From the sequence record MN101225.1: DNA of 64,000 nt; one strand, 5' to 3'. The notes under the pieces are model-generated. The model saw nothing but the letters and a program-made list of their open reading frames with translations, searched no databases and had not been told where the DNA came from. Position 1 is the first letter of the stretch, and the number at the start of each line of letters is the position of its first letter. The stretch comes from Klebsiella phage KMI11. Below are positions 34,618 to 43,864 of the stretch, one piece after another. The position numbers and the translations under genes were made by a program.

Positions 34618-35412
34618 ATGCTAGATAAAGACTATATTAAAGAAATCCAGGCACTCGATAAAAAAGAAGCTAAAGACAAGCTCGACGAGTATGCCCAAAC
34701 TTTCGGTATTAAACTGAAAAAGACCCGTTCATTTGACAATATGGTTGCTGACTTAGAAAAAGAACTGGCTAAATTGGCTGATGAGCCTATGCCAGAAGAT
34801 AATGATGGGCTGTCAATTGCTGATTTAATCCAAGCAGATGATGAAATTGAGGGTAAAGCAGTATTTAAAGATGAAGCGTCTGATGAGGCAAAACTACTGT
34901 TTGACGCTCCAGTTAATGTTGGTATTAAAATTCATGATATTGACCCAGGTTTCTATAAAGAAACCCCTAAGGTAAATGACCCAGGGTTTGAAGTAAAAAC
35001 ACCTTCTATCAATGATAAAGGATTTTATGCTGAAGCTCCTATTGGAGACAGCGTTATTCATATAGATGATGAAGGACAAGTTACCAATATTCCGGTTAGT
35101 ATCACGGACCCCGAAGAATTTTTCAAAGCAATGGACAAAGTAGTTAAAATTGTTAAAACTGATGAAACCATTGAGCTTCCTAAAAACTTTAGTCCAAACA
35201 TGCAATTGCTAGGTAAGAACCCAGGATATATTACTCTTCCATGGTGGATTTACCAATGGATTAAAGATAACCCGGACTGGAAATCTCGGCCAACGTCGTT
35301 TGAACACCCATCAGCACACCAGACATTGTTTAGTTTAATCTATTACATCAAAAGAAACGGGTCTGTTATGATTCGTGAAACACGTAATTCTTCATTTGTA
35401 ACTTTAAAATAA
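34618..35412 (+). CDS. inh: Inh-like (prohead protease inhibitor) protein
   Basis: 264 aa. Position between uvsW and hoc. Internal 'DPGF' repeats. The track start at 34420 overlaps uvsW and was rejected. Confidence 0.55.
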   Translation: MLDKDYIKEIQALDKKEAKDKLDEYAQTFGIKLKKTRSFDNMVADLEKELAKLADEPMPEDNDGLSIADLIQADDEIEGKAVFKDEASDEAKLLFDAPVNVGIKIHDIDPGFYKETPKVNDPGFEVKTPSINDKGFYAEAPIGDSVIHIDDEGQVTNIPVSITDPEEFFKAMDKVVKIVKTDETIELPKNFSPNMQLLGKNPGYITLPWWIYQWIKDNPDWKSRPTSFEHPSAHQTLFSLIYYIKRNGSVMIRETRNSSFVTLK

Positions 35413-35421
35413 GGAACACCT

Positions 35422-36828
35422 ATGGCTTATAGCGTATCTATTGCTCCTTTGGCTGCTTCGGCAGTCATTGGAGCAACAACCAATTTTACTGCAACAACTT
35501 CTGGAGCCGCAGCTGAAGGCACAGAAACGTTTGTATGGACAGTAAATGGCGTAAAACAATCTTCTGTTACCGCAGCTATGAATTATGTTGCTGCAGGACC
35601 TGCCGGCAGTAAGACTGTTAAAGTAGTTGCTACTGTTACCCCAGCAGAGGGCGAGGCAGAAACTGCTGAGGCAGAAACCACTCTTACAGTTCAGAACAAA
35701 ACTATGCCTGCGATTACTTTAACTTTGAGCCCGACTTCTGTTTCTAAAGAAATTGGACAATCACAAGTAGTCACGGCTGATGTTACTGGCGCCCCGTCAG
35801 GAGCAAGCATTGCTTATGTTTGGAAACGCGGCTCTTCTGTTATTTCTGGCCAAACGGGTAAAACAATTACCATAACTGAACCTGCGGAAGCTAATTACAC
35901 ATTGAATTGTGAAGTCACAGTTTCTGCAGCAAATTACAACCCGGCTACTGCAACTAAAGGTATTGCTGTTGCTTTTACTAAAAAGACCATGAGCGGCGTT
36001 TCAGTTGCTCTGACACCTAGTTCAATTACCGCTGAAAAAGGAGCAGAAGCATCTTTTAAAGCCGATGTTACTGGAGCGCCGGCGGGAGCATCTGTAGCTT
36101 ACTCATGGACCAAAGACGGTTCTCCTGTAGAAGGCTCAACAAGCACTCTAGAAATTGATACATCCACTATCGGGTCTCAAGTAATTGAGGTTTCGGCTGT
36201 TGTTTCTGCTCCAGATTATAAACCTGTTACAGTTACTAAAACTGGTAATGTAACTATTACCAAAAAGACCATGAGCGGTGTTTCTGTTACTTTGACTCCT
36301 GAGTCTATTACGACCGAACAAGGGTCTGAAGCATCTTTTAAAGCCAACGTTATCGGTGCTCCAGAAGGTGCAACTGGGGTTTATTCTTGGACCAAAGACG
36401 GTTCTCCTGTAGAAGGCTCAACAAGCACGTTAGTGATTGACACGTCTGATATAGGGTCTCAAGTGATTGAGGTTTCTGTTGAGGTTTCCGCAGAAGATTA
36501 CACCCCGATTACAGTCACTAAAACTGGCGATGTAACCATTACTAAAAGGGTAGCCCCGGAGCCAGACGGAGAACTTCCGTATATTCATCCTCTACCGTTC
36601 CGTGGAACAGCCTATATCTGGTGTGGATGGTGGGTAATGGATGAAATCCAACGAATGACTGTTGAGGGCAAAGATTGGAAACTCGACGACCCTGATAGCG
36701 ATTATTACCTGCATCGGTATACTCTGGCTAAAATGCTAGATGATTATCCAGAAGTCGATGTACAAGAATCTAGAAATGGATACATTGTTCATCGTACTGC
36801 GCTGGAAGCAGGTATTATCTATCCTTAA
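35422..36828 (+). CDS. hoc: Hoc highly immunogenic outer capsid protein with four Ig-like domains
   Basis: 468 aa of tandem ~94-aa Ig-like (BIG2-type) repeats, Thr/Ser/Val-rich, with a C-terminal capsid-binding-like domain. Position as in T4. Confidence 0.8.
   Translation: MAYSVSIAPLAASAVIGATTNFTATTSGAAAEGTETFVWTVNGVKQSSVTAAMNYVAAGPAGSKTVKVVATVTPAEGEAETAEAETTLTVQNKTMPAITLTLSPTSVSKEIGQSQVVTADVTGAPSGASIAYVWKRGSSVISGQTGKTITITEPAEANYTLNCEVTVSAANYNPATATKGIAVAFTKKTMSGVSVALTPSSITAEKGAEASFKADVTGAPAGASVAYSWTKDGSPVEGSTSTLEIDTSTIGSQVIEVSAVVSAPDYKPVTVTKTGNVTITKKTMSGVSVTLTPESITTEQGSEASFKANVIGAPEGATGVYSWTKDGSPVEGSTSTLVIDTSDIGSQVIEVSVEVSAEDYTPITVTKTGDVTITKRVAPEPDGELPYIHPLPFRGTAYIWCGWWVMDEIQRMTVEGKDWKLDDPDSDYYLHRYTLAKMLDDYPEVDVQESRNGYIVHRTALEAGIIYP
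35977..36540 (+). repeat. 2 x 282-bp tandem duplication inside hoc (two Ig-like domains)
   Basis: Copy 1 35977-36258 and copy 2 36259-36540, both starting ac(t/c)aaaaagaccatgagcgg. A 41-nt identical block tggaccaaagacggttctcctgtagaaggctcaacaagcac. Confidence 0.85.
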
Positions 36829-36832
36829 TATT

Positions 36833-36858
36833 CGGGAGCCTTCGGGCTCCCTTTTTGC
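36833..36858 (+). terminator. rho-independent terminator after hoc
   Basis: gggagcc-ttcg-ggctccc followed by tttttg. Confidence 0.85.
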
Positions 36859-36906
36859 TATTCACGGATTGGTTTATTATGTCCTCGTCACATAGATGAG
36901 GTTATT

Positions 36907-37134
36907 ATGAAAGCATTACAAGCTCACTTGATGCATGAAAGCGGAAAAGATTTTCAAGAAATTGCAAGAGCGTTAGATATCACTCCAGCCGAAGCCGCTA
37001 AGCTGTGGGTCTCTGTTGAGAAAGCACATGAGCGGTTTAAACAAAAAGAGAAAGTTGTATATCGAAAACGCTTAACAAACGTTGATATAAAATCTCGTCA
37101 TAAGAAACTTGTTAAACACATGAGGACTTTATAA
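36907..37134 (+). CDS. hypothetical protein (24.3 position)
   Basis: 75 aa. SD gaggtt lies within hairpin cctcgtc...gatgagg (36883-36901). Confidence 0.55.
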   Translation: MKALQAHLMHESGKDFQEIARALDITPAEAAKLWVSVEKAHERFKQKEKVVYRKRLTNVDIKSRHKKLVKHMRTL

Positions 37135-37460
37135 TGTCTAAAGTAGATAAAAAGGTAGAAGAGAAACTTGAGATGTTCCTAGAGCGCAAGTTTGCTCCTG
37201 CGGCGAGCAATATTAATGATTGGCGTTCTGCATCAAGATTTGTTGATAATATGATGGCTCGAATATTCGATAGCACTTATTATAAAAATGGCGCACGCAA
37301 AATCTCAGATTTGATTAAAGAACGGTATGGAAAAATTGATTGGATGCTAATGGATGTAAATGTTCCGTTAGTATTAGAAGTTGGACCTAAAAACCAGTTT
37401 GAAATCATGCGAAATAAACACGACCAATTAATGTATCGCTTTGTTCCAAGCGGATATTAA
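37134..37460 (+). CDS. hypothetical protein (24.2 position)
   Basis: 108 aa, ATGA coupling. Confidence 0.55.
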   Translation: MSKVDKKVEEKLEMFLERKFAPAASNINDWRSASRFVDNMMARIFDSTYYKNGARKISDLIKERYGKIDWMLMDVNVPLVLEVGPKNQFEIMRNKHDQLMYRFVPSGY

Positions 37461-37486
37461 TTGCTTTAAAAATCGATGTGGTATAA
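37461..37486 (+). promoter_or_regulatory. T4 middle promoter (MotA box + extended -10)
   Basis: aaTTGCTTTAaaaatcgatgTGgTATAATggg. MotA box at 37460-37467, TGn at 37478-37480, TATAAT at 37481-37486. Confidence 0.65.
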
Positions 37487-37573
37487 TGGGCTCAGGGGAA
37501 ATCCTCTGATACCATTACCCTTGTCCAAAATAGATGGACTCCTGGTTTTATTTTATTTATTGAGAGAAAAATT

Positions 37574-37831
37574 ATGAACCTTGCCGATAGAATGGCTAAT
37601 ACAGCCATCAATATTGCTACAGAAGAATTGAGTGCAGCAAAAGAAGAAGTATTAACTCAGATTGAGAAAACCGCTTTAGCGGGTCAACGTGAGTTAATTA
37701 TGTATCCTAGCAGTTTAGTTAAAAAACACATCACAAACGTTCTTAATTATTTGCATGACGAAGGATTTGTTACAAATTATACCAGTGCCCAGCGTAATGG
37801 TGATACTGACTTTATGAAAATCACATTCTAA
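37574..37831 (+). CDS. hypothetical protein (extra ORF relative to T4 order, downstream of the middle promoter)
   Basis: 85 aa, gagagaaaaattATG. Confidence 0.5.
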   Translation: MNLADRMANTAINIATEELSAAKEEVLTQIEKTALAGQRELIMYPSSLVKKHITNVLNYLHDEGFVTNYTSAQRNGDTDFMKITF

Positions 37832-37841
37832 GGAAATTATA

Positions 37842-38849
37842 ATGTTTGCAAAATATTCTAGTCTCGAGAACCACTACAACAATAAGTTCATCGAGAAGAT
37901 TCGTGGTGCTGGTTTTGATATGCACACTGTTGAGTGGGTAGCTCGTGAGAAGATTCATGGCACTAACTTTAGTGTGATTATTACTCCTACCGAAATCGTT
38001 CCGGCTAAGCGTACTGGACCTATTTTAGAAAGTGAAAGTTTCTTTGGTCATGATATTATCATGAAGAAGTATAAGGATTCTTTCGTTAAGATGCAGAACA
38101 TGCTGAACGCCATGGATTTAGTATCTGTTCAAATCTTCGGCGAATTTGCTGGCGGTGGTATTCAGAAAGGCGTAGATTATGGTGAGAAAGATTTCTACGT
38201 ATTTGATATCTTGTCGGATTCCGGTAACGAAAAAGTTTATTGGGACGATTATGTAGTAGAATCGTTTGCTACTGGTCTTGGTCTTAAATTGGCTCCACTG
38301 CTTGGTCGTGGTTCATTCGCTGAGCTATCTCAGTACGTAAATGACTTTAAATCTATTGTCAATTACTACAATGAACTTGTTGACACGACTGACCTTGAAC
38401 ATGCAAATAAACATGTGTTCGGTCCACAGGCTTCTTCTGAAACTGGCGTAGCTGAAGGCTATGTTCTTAAGCCGGTTCATCCTAAGTTCTTCAATAATGG
38501 TACTCGTGTTGCTATTAAGTGTAAGAACTCTAAGTTCAGTGAGAAGGCTAAATCCGATAAGCCTATTAAAGCGAAGGTTGAACTCACCGAGAATGATAAG
38601 CGTGTTCTGGAAATCTTTTCTGAATATGTAACCTGGAACCGTGTAAGTAACGTTCTGTCTCATATTGGTACTGTAACTGCTAAAGATTTCGGTCGTGTTA
38701 TGGGTCTGACTATGAAAGATATCATTAACGAAGCAGCACGTGAAGGTCATGACATGCTATTCGCTGATAATCCTTCTGCTGTTAAGAAAGAAATCACTAC
38801 TTTAATTCAAAACACTATTCGTAGTAAATGGCATGAGGTTTTAGAATAA
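37842..38849 (+). CDS. rnlB: RNA ligase 2
   Basis: 335 aa. MFAKYSSLENHYN.KFIEK...WVAREKIHGTNFS (KxHG adenylation motif)...RVAIKCKNSKFSEKAKSDKPIKAKVEL, essentially T4 Rnl2. Confidence 0.95.
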   Translation: MFAKYSSLENHYNNKFIEKIRGAGFDMHTVEWVAREKIHGTNFSVIITPTEIVPAKRTGPILESESFFGHDIIMKKYKDSFVKMQNMLNAMDLVSVQIFGEFAGGGIQKGVDYGEKDFYVFDILSDSGNEKVYWDDYVVESFATGLGLKLAPLLGRGSFAELSQYVNDFKSIVNYYNELVDTTDLEHANKHVFGPQASSETGVAEGYVLKPVHPKFFNNGTRVAIKCKNSKFSEKAKSDKPIKAKVELTENDKRVLEIFSEYVTWNRVSNVLSHIGTVTAKDFGRVMGLTMKDIINEAAREGHDMLFADNPSAVKKEITTLIQNTIRSKWHEVLE

Positions 38850-39397
38850 TGAGATTGGCGCTTATTGGTTCACGAGAAGCGCCACGCAGAGTTCTGAGTC
38901 TAATGACTACAATAGGTCAACGCCTCTCGGAAGAGGGGCATTTTTCATATTCAGGTGGAGCTCCGGGTTCAGATGAAGCGTGGTTGGCGAAATACGATAG
39001 GTCAAATTCTTGTAGGATTATTCCTTATTCTGGCTTTTGTGGTCACTTTCCTGATACAGGTGTTGTTGTATGGTCTGAGTTATCAAACGAAGCCAAAATC
39101 AAAAGCATCATTAAGGCGAGAGAAGTTACGTCGTACTGGGATGAATGCTCGAAGATAGTGCAGACTTTATTCGCACGGAATTCTATGCAGGTATTGGGCC
39201 TAGAATGCACTGAGCCTGTAGATAAGGTATTATATTGGGCGCCTGAGAAAAGATGCGGGAGTGTATCTGGAGGGACGAGAGTAGCTGTTGATATAGCTCG
39301 CAGGCACGGGATAGAATGTGTTAATCTATATGATAAGAAAGTGTTTAAATCCCTCGAGGAGGAATACTCTCCGAAGTTTGACATATTTAGTTTATAG
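38849..39397 (+). CDS. DprA/Smf-like Rossmann-fold (SLOG superfamily) protein
   Basis: 182 aa. LALIGSREAP...GHFSYSGGAPGSDEAWL (cf. DprA IVGSR...VSGLAKGIDAA) and RNSMQVLGLE...CGSVSGGTRVAVDIARRHGIECV (cf. RNRIIAGLS...SGSLITA...GREVF). ATGA coupled to rnlB. Confidence 0.55.
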   Translation: MRLALIGSREAPRRVLSLMTTIGQRLSEEGHFSYSGGAPGSDEAWLAKYDRSNSCRIIPYSGFCGHFPDTGVVVWSELSNEAKIKSIIKAREVTSYWDECSKIVQTLFARNSMQVLGLECTEPVDKVLYWAPEKRCGSVSGGTRVAVDIARRHGIECVNLYDKKVFKSLEEEYSPKFDIFSL

Positions 39398-39400
39398 CAA

Positions 39401-39422
39401 AAAGGGAGCCCGAAGGCTCCCA
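39401..39422. terminator. bidirectional hairpin between convergent DprA-like ORF and gene 24; T-tract on the - strand side
   Basis: gggagcc-cgaa-ggctccc. The - strand reads ...ggctccc tttttg. Confidence 0.7.
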
Positions 39423-39426
39423 TAAA

Positions 39427-40707
39427 TTAGTCCGCAATCAGCTTAGGTAACTTAACACCGAGCATAACAGACATCTGACTTCTTCCTGCCATCTTATCCA
39501 TATCCGCAGCATTAATCACACGAGCTTCGTCCTCGTCCAATCCTACAGTATATGGGTTAACCGACAGCGCGTAACGAACCAGTAAAGCTACAGAAGGCTG
39601 CAAGCTAGCTGGGTCAACAATAACTTTAAATGCACCAACATGCTCAGGGTCGTCTAAATCAAGACCTTCGGTATACGGCGCATAGAATAATGAACCTACA
39701 GTTTCCTTCCCACCAAATTCTGCCTTAACACCAACAATAACGTAATCAATCGGACTGTTAGTATCACAATACAGTGGAAGGCCGTTATTCAGAATGCCAT
39801 ATGCGTTTTCTGGAATAGTCCCATCGTTCTTCTGCATTAACCAACCAGAAGCTGCCAGCACCGCCGCGCAACGAGTAGATGCTACTGCATAAGTACCAGA
39901 ATAAGAAGTATTACGTTGAACTGCTGAATTCATTTCACAAATGAAACGATACAGAGTACGACCTTGTTCCGGAGCAGAATCCTGCTTAGTTAAATCTAAT
40001 ACACCTTTATCGGATACACCAGTTACTTTAAACCGAGAAGAAACTGTAATCAATGATTGCAGGATGTCTTTATTAATGTCTTCTGCCATTTCAGTAGCAA
40101 GTAAATCATCAATAAGCTCTGGAGCATCGAACCCGTTAGCTTCTAAGTCTTGAGCTAATTCTACAGTTAAATCCGTTTTAAGCTTACGCGATTTAACAGC
40201 TGTTTGCCATTTATCAATTTTAAAACTGGCTTCGGTGATTGGGTCTGAATCAGGTCCTTCGAATTTTTCAGTGACTGCAGCATCTGACATCATACGAATA
40301 TTATTAGCTGCTACTGCTTCAGATACAATTCCAAATTCGTCGGTTTCAGCTGTACCAGTAAACGGCCCGTCTTTAAGTACTTTAAAGACTACGTTCTGGT
40401 ACTTAAACATGTCATCTTTATTAAAAGAATCTTTATTCGCCATAGTGAGTTCTTCAATTGACTCACGTTCCGGGGCGCCGATTTGACCTGCATAGGTTGC
40501 ACCTGTATTAAACGTCAGGTCACCATTAGGGTTAAGATATTTAATACCATACAGTGCTGCTACAGGCTGTTTAGTACGCTGTGTAGCAACAAGATCGGTA
40601 TAGATTAATTTAGTGGTTGCGCGCGTTAATGCAACGAGATTAGGGCGACCAATTAAGTTGCTACTCGTTGTAGTTGACTCGCGCAGAAGTTCGTTGATTT
40701 TAGCCAT
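39427..40707 (-). CDS. 24: gp24 capsid vertex protein
   Basis: 426 aa (T4 427 aa). Paralog-like to gp23. Synteny. Confidence 0.9.
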   Translation of the reverse strand: MAKINELLRESTTTSSNLIGRPNLVALTRATTKLIYTDLVATQRTKQPVAALYGIKYLNPNGDLTFNTGATYAGQIGAPERESIEELTMANKDSFNKDDMFKYQNVVFKVLKDGPFTGTAETDEFGIVSEAVAANNIRMMSDAAVTEKFEGPDSDPITEASFKIDKWQTAVKSRKLKTDLTVELAQDLEANGFDAPELIDDLLATEMAEDINKDILQSLITVSSRFKVTGVSDKGVLDLTKQDSAPEQGRTLYRFICEMNSAVQRNTSYSGTYAVASTRCAAVLAASGWLMQKNDGTIPENAYGILNNGLPLYCDTNSPIDYVIVGVKAEFGGKETVGSLFYAPYTEGLDLDDPEHVGAFKVIVDPASLQPSVALLVRYALSVNPYTVGLDEDEARVINAADMDKMAGRSQMSVMLGVKLPKLIAD

Positions 40708-40735
40708 TGCGCTTTCCTCTGTGGATTTATAAGTT

Positions 40736-40743
40736 TATTTATA
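40736..40743 (-). promoter_or_regulatory. late promoter TATAAATA for gene 24
   Basis: + strand tatttata, 29 nt upstream of the gene 24 start. Confidence 0.65.
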
Positions 40744-40760
40744 TCCATTAAAACAACTAA

Positions 40761-40780
40761 AGGGAGCCCGAAGGCTCCCT
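40761..40780 (-). terminator. hairpin downstream of gene 23
   Basis: agggagcc-cgaa-ggctccct. Confidence 0.6.
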
Positions 40781-40788
40781 TATTGGTA

Positions 40789-42348
40789 TTAGATACCTTT
40801 AACCCATACACGACGGAAGTAAGCATTCTTACCAACAGAGTTGACGATAGAAGGCATACCAGAGGTAATACGACCTTTCGGCTGTTGAGCAGCAGAATCG
40901 GCGAACGGGTTAATACCGATACCGTAACGGGTTTTGAACCCCATGACCGGTTGGAAGTTCTTCGGATCGGAACCACGCAGCGGGGTCAGTGCAACATACG
41001 GAGCATAGTAGATACCAGCATCCATTTCGTTAGCACCTTTATAACCGATGGTGAAGTAATCCTGACGAGCATACTGGTCGATGTATACACGGTAGCGACC
41101 ACCCAGAACACCAGCAAATACTGCTTTAGTGGTGTCGGTATTATAACCACGACCCAGACCCTGAGCTGCCGGAGATACGTTGGTATCAACAGCTGCCAGT
41201 ACGTTAACTACGTTACGGGAAGCGATAATGAAGTTACCTTCACCGCGACCGGTCTGACGAGCGATTTCAGCGGATTCTTTGTCAATCTGGAACAGCAGAG
41301 CTTTAAAGCTTTCACCTGCCCAACGAGCACCGCGGATATCAATCGGGTCTTGGAAGTCGAATACACCGGCTTTAGAACCAATAGTCTGGGTCATACCAGA
41401 TTTACCAACCTGAGCGGAGTAGTTAATCCAGTCAACAACTTCACGGTTGATTTCCAGCATAATTTCGGTAGCCAGGATTGAACTCAGTTCAGCATCAGCG
41501 TCCATGCCATGAACAGCACGGAGGTCCTGAGCCAGTTCGATGGAATACTGTGCTTTCAGCTGACGAGATTTCGCTTCGATAGTTTGTTTATCGATACGGA
41601 AGCCCATTTCATTCCATGGGTTATCTTTAGAACCGTTAAATGCTTCTTGCAGTTCAGCAACGGAAGTAGCCATACCTTCGGCGATTTCAACTACTTTACC
41701 AGCTTCCAGAGCAGCAGTAACTGCAGCGTCCAGTTTAGCAGCATCAGTAGCGCCAGCGTCTACAGTGAAATCTTCAACAACCTGCAGATGAGCACGACCG
41801 GTCTGTGCGAAATCGTGAACAACGATATCACCAACAGTCAGAGCATCACCAGCTTTAACTGCTTCGAACTTCTCAGTTGCACCCTGACCGGAGAACATTG
41901 CATCCGGAGCGTACATCGGATGGAAAGCTTCTTTAGCACCAGCAGCCAGAGGGTCTTTGCCGTAAACAGCGCGGAGAGCGAATACCTGACCGGTTGGGTT
42001 AGACATCGGCTGTACACCACAGATATCGAAAGCAATCAGGTTAGGGATAGCACGACGAACCATACCCATAACTGCCGGGCCAATCTGGGTTACAGCACCA
42101 GAGGTCTGACCAGCTGCGATGTTCTGTGCATCATAACCATGGTCACCGCCAATTTCTGCTTCAGACAGGAAAGAACCAAATGCTTCAGCGATTTTTTCAT
42201 CGCGGTATTCCGGAGCCTGATTAATATCAGCTTCCTGGTTTTCAAAAATCTTAGCGATCAGAGCTTTTTTGCTAGCGCCAACAATTTCCGGCAGAGCTTC
42301 GTTCTCAAGCAGCGGCTGCCATTTTTCGATAAGTTTATTCTTTTTCAT
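40789..42348 (-). CDS. 23: gp23 major capsid protein precursor
   Basis: 519 aa. ...IAKIFENQE...GDHGY.A.NIAAGQTSGAVTQIGPAVMGMVRRAIPNLIAFDICGVQPM..PTGQVFALRAVYGKDP..., essentially T4 gp23. Confidence 0.97.
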   Translation of the reverse strand: MKKNKLIEKWQPLLENEALPEIVGASKKALIAKIFENQEADINQAPEYRDEKIAEAFGSFLSEAEIGGDHGYDAQNIAAGQTSGAVTQIGPAVMGMVRRAIPNLIAFDICGVQPMSNPTGQVFALRAVYGKDPLAAGAKEAFHPMYAPDAMFSGQGATEKFEAVKAGDALTVGDIVVHDFAQTGRAHLQVVEDFTVDAGATDAAKLDAAVTAALEAGKVVEIAEGMATSVAELQEAFNGSKDNPWNEMGFRIDKQTIEAKSRQLKAQYSIELAQDLRAVHGMDADAELSSILATEIMLEINREVVDWINYSAQVGKSGMTQTIGSKAGVFDFQDPIDIRGARWAGESFKALLFQIDKESAEIARQTGRGEGNFIIASRNVVNVLAAVDTNVSPAAQGLGRGYNTDTTKAVFAGVLGGRYRVYIDQYARQDYFTIGYKGANEMDAGIYYAPYVALTPLRGSDPKNFQPVMGFKTRYGIGINPFADSAAQQPKGRITSGMPSIVNSVGKNAYFRRVWVKGI

Positions 42349-42368
42349 GTGTTGTATAACCTTTTAAA

Positions 42369-43181
42369 TTAAGAAAGACGAGCCGCTTGGGCCACATAAG
42401 CATCCATAACGGATGGGGTTTTAGTCGCAGGAGTTTCTTCTACTGCTTCAGTTGTGAAGTTTAAACCGTCTGCTTCTTTGTCGATAGTATTTATATCGGC
42501 AGATTCCGTTACAGACTGCTCTACAGAACCCTGCACCATTTCAACAATAGCTTTCAGCTTAGTTGAAAATGCGTCAGAATAATCCATGCCCTCTGTCAGA
42601 GAAACTACTTTCTCTTTTTGGGTATCAGTCAGTTCACGGGTTGCTTCTTGAATAGCATACTCGCGTTGGGCGTAATTGATATAAGCATCACGCTTAGAAA
42701 CTTCTTCAAATAAACGAGCAGTTTCTTCTTTTTGCTCAGCAAGTTCTTCTTCCATTTCAGCGACCACGTCTACTGATTCTTCAGGAATTACAACATTGTG
42801 CTCAACAAACAGTTCTTTCATACCGCTAAACATGGATTCAAACAGGTCAGCTTTAATACCGCGGTCAACCGCCAGCTGGTTTTCTGCCATCCATTCTGCA
42901 GCGATATGGTCAAAGTATTTAGAAGCAGCTTCTTTCAGCTCTTCACGAGCTTCTTCTTTAGCTTTTTCTTTTTCTTCTTCTACTTTTTCTTCTGCTTTCT
43001 CAGCAATCTTTTCAATGTGAGATTCTGCCAGAGCTACGGCGTGTTTTTTGACTGTTGCTTCGAATACAGTGCTGAAGTTAGCTTTAGCTTCCGGAGAAAG
43101 CTGAACTGATTCGAAAATACTGTCAAGAGCGACGGAAGCATCGATAGTTTTAGCTTCGGTCATTAAAAGTTCTTTAAGCAT
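42369..43181 (-). CDS. 22: gp22 prohead core scaffold protein
   Basis: 270 aa, highly acidic/coiled-coil (T4 269 aa). Synteny. Confidence 0.88.
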   Translation of the reverse strand: MLKELLMTEAKTIDASVALDSIFESVQLSPEAKANFSTVFEATVKKHAVALAESHIEKIAEKAEEKVEEEKEKAKEEAREELKEAASKYFDHIAAEWMAENQLAVDRGIKADLFESMFSGMKELFVEHNVVIPEESVDVVAEMEEELAEQKEETARLFEEVSKRDAYINYAQREYAIQEATRELTDTQKEKVVSLTEGMDYSDAFSTKLKAIVEMVQGSVEQSVTESADINTIDKEADGLNFTTEAVEETPATKTPSVMDAYVAQAARLS

Positions 43182-43210
43182 TTTTGATGTCCTGTGTTAA
43201 GTTACATAAT

Positions 43211-43218
43211 TATTTATA
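43211..43218 (-). promoter_or_regulatory. late promoter TATAAATA for gene 22
   Basis: + strand tatttata, 30 nt upstream of the gene 22 start. Confidence 0.6.
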
Positions 43219-43864
43219 ACGCTTTTAACTTCTCTGCGAGAGCCATAAAAGCATCATCAGCACTATTGGCAACTTGTGCCGAGGTATTTTCCGAAATTTG
43301 TTTCGGTTGTACCCATGCATCCGGAGCACTAGGACCCCAAACTGCGTCTACACCAACAGTCAGGCGAAAGCCTTCTTGTACGATGTTATATCCTTTTCCT
43401 GAGTCTTTTAAAGAACCGAGTCCACGGCTTGATACACCAGGAATCCAACCAGCACGGATGTTAGCGGCTAATTTATCACCTGGACCGTGGTCTCCTTCGA
43501 TGATTCTTGCACGCCCATAAACATCGTTGCCTTTCCACCACATATCTTCGATAATGATTGCGGCTTGCATCGGGTCAACATTTGCGCGAGGTGGATGGTT
43601 TAATTCTCCTAGAGCCTGACGAGTAGCAACCTGCTCCTTAATATAACGACTTACCGCAGTCTCAAGAATGCGTTTTGGATAAAGACGTTTATTACGGTTT
43701 ACTACTTCTGCCTGCATAAAAACACCTTCAATATACAGACCAGGTTTTAAGCCAGATTCATTTTCGCCTTCAACGATAATAGATTCTAGCATTGGTTTAC
43801 CATCAATTACATCGCCCGGTTGACCCCAATGCTCAATTAAAAGTTGTTCATTGAGGTTTTCCAT
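43214..43864 (-). CDS. 21: gp21 prohead protease
   Basis: 216 aa (T4 212 aa). Synteny with 22 and 68. Confidence 0.88.
   Translation of the reverse strand: MENLNEQLLIEHWGQPGDVIDGKPMLESIIVEGENESGLKPGLYIEGVFMQAEVVNRNKRLYPKRILETAVSRYIKEQVATRQALGELNHPPRANVDPMQAAIIIEDMWWKGNDVYGRARIIEGDHGPGDKLAANIRAGWIPGVSSRGLGSLKDSGKGYNIVQEGFRLTVGVDAVWGPSAPDAWVQPKQISENTSAQVANSADDAFMALAEKLKAL

Noticed and set aside
40783-42372. Two long + strand ORFs (232 aa and 287 aa) inside gene 23
   Set aside because: Both are antisense to the major capsid gene, which is near-identical to T4 gp23 on the - strand.
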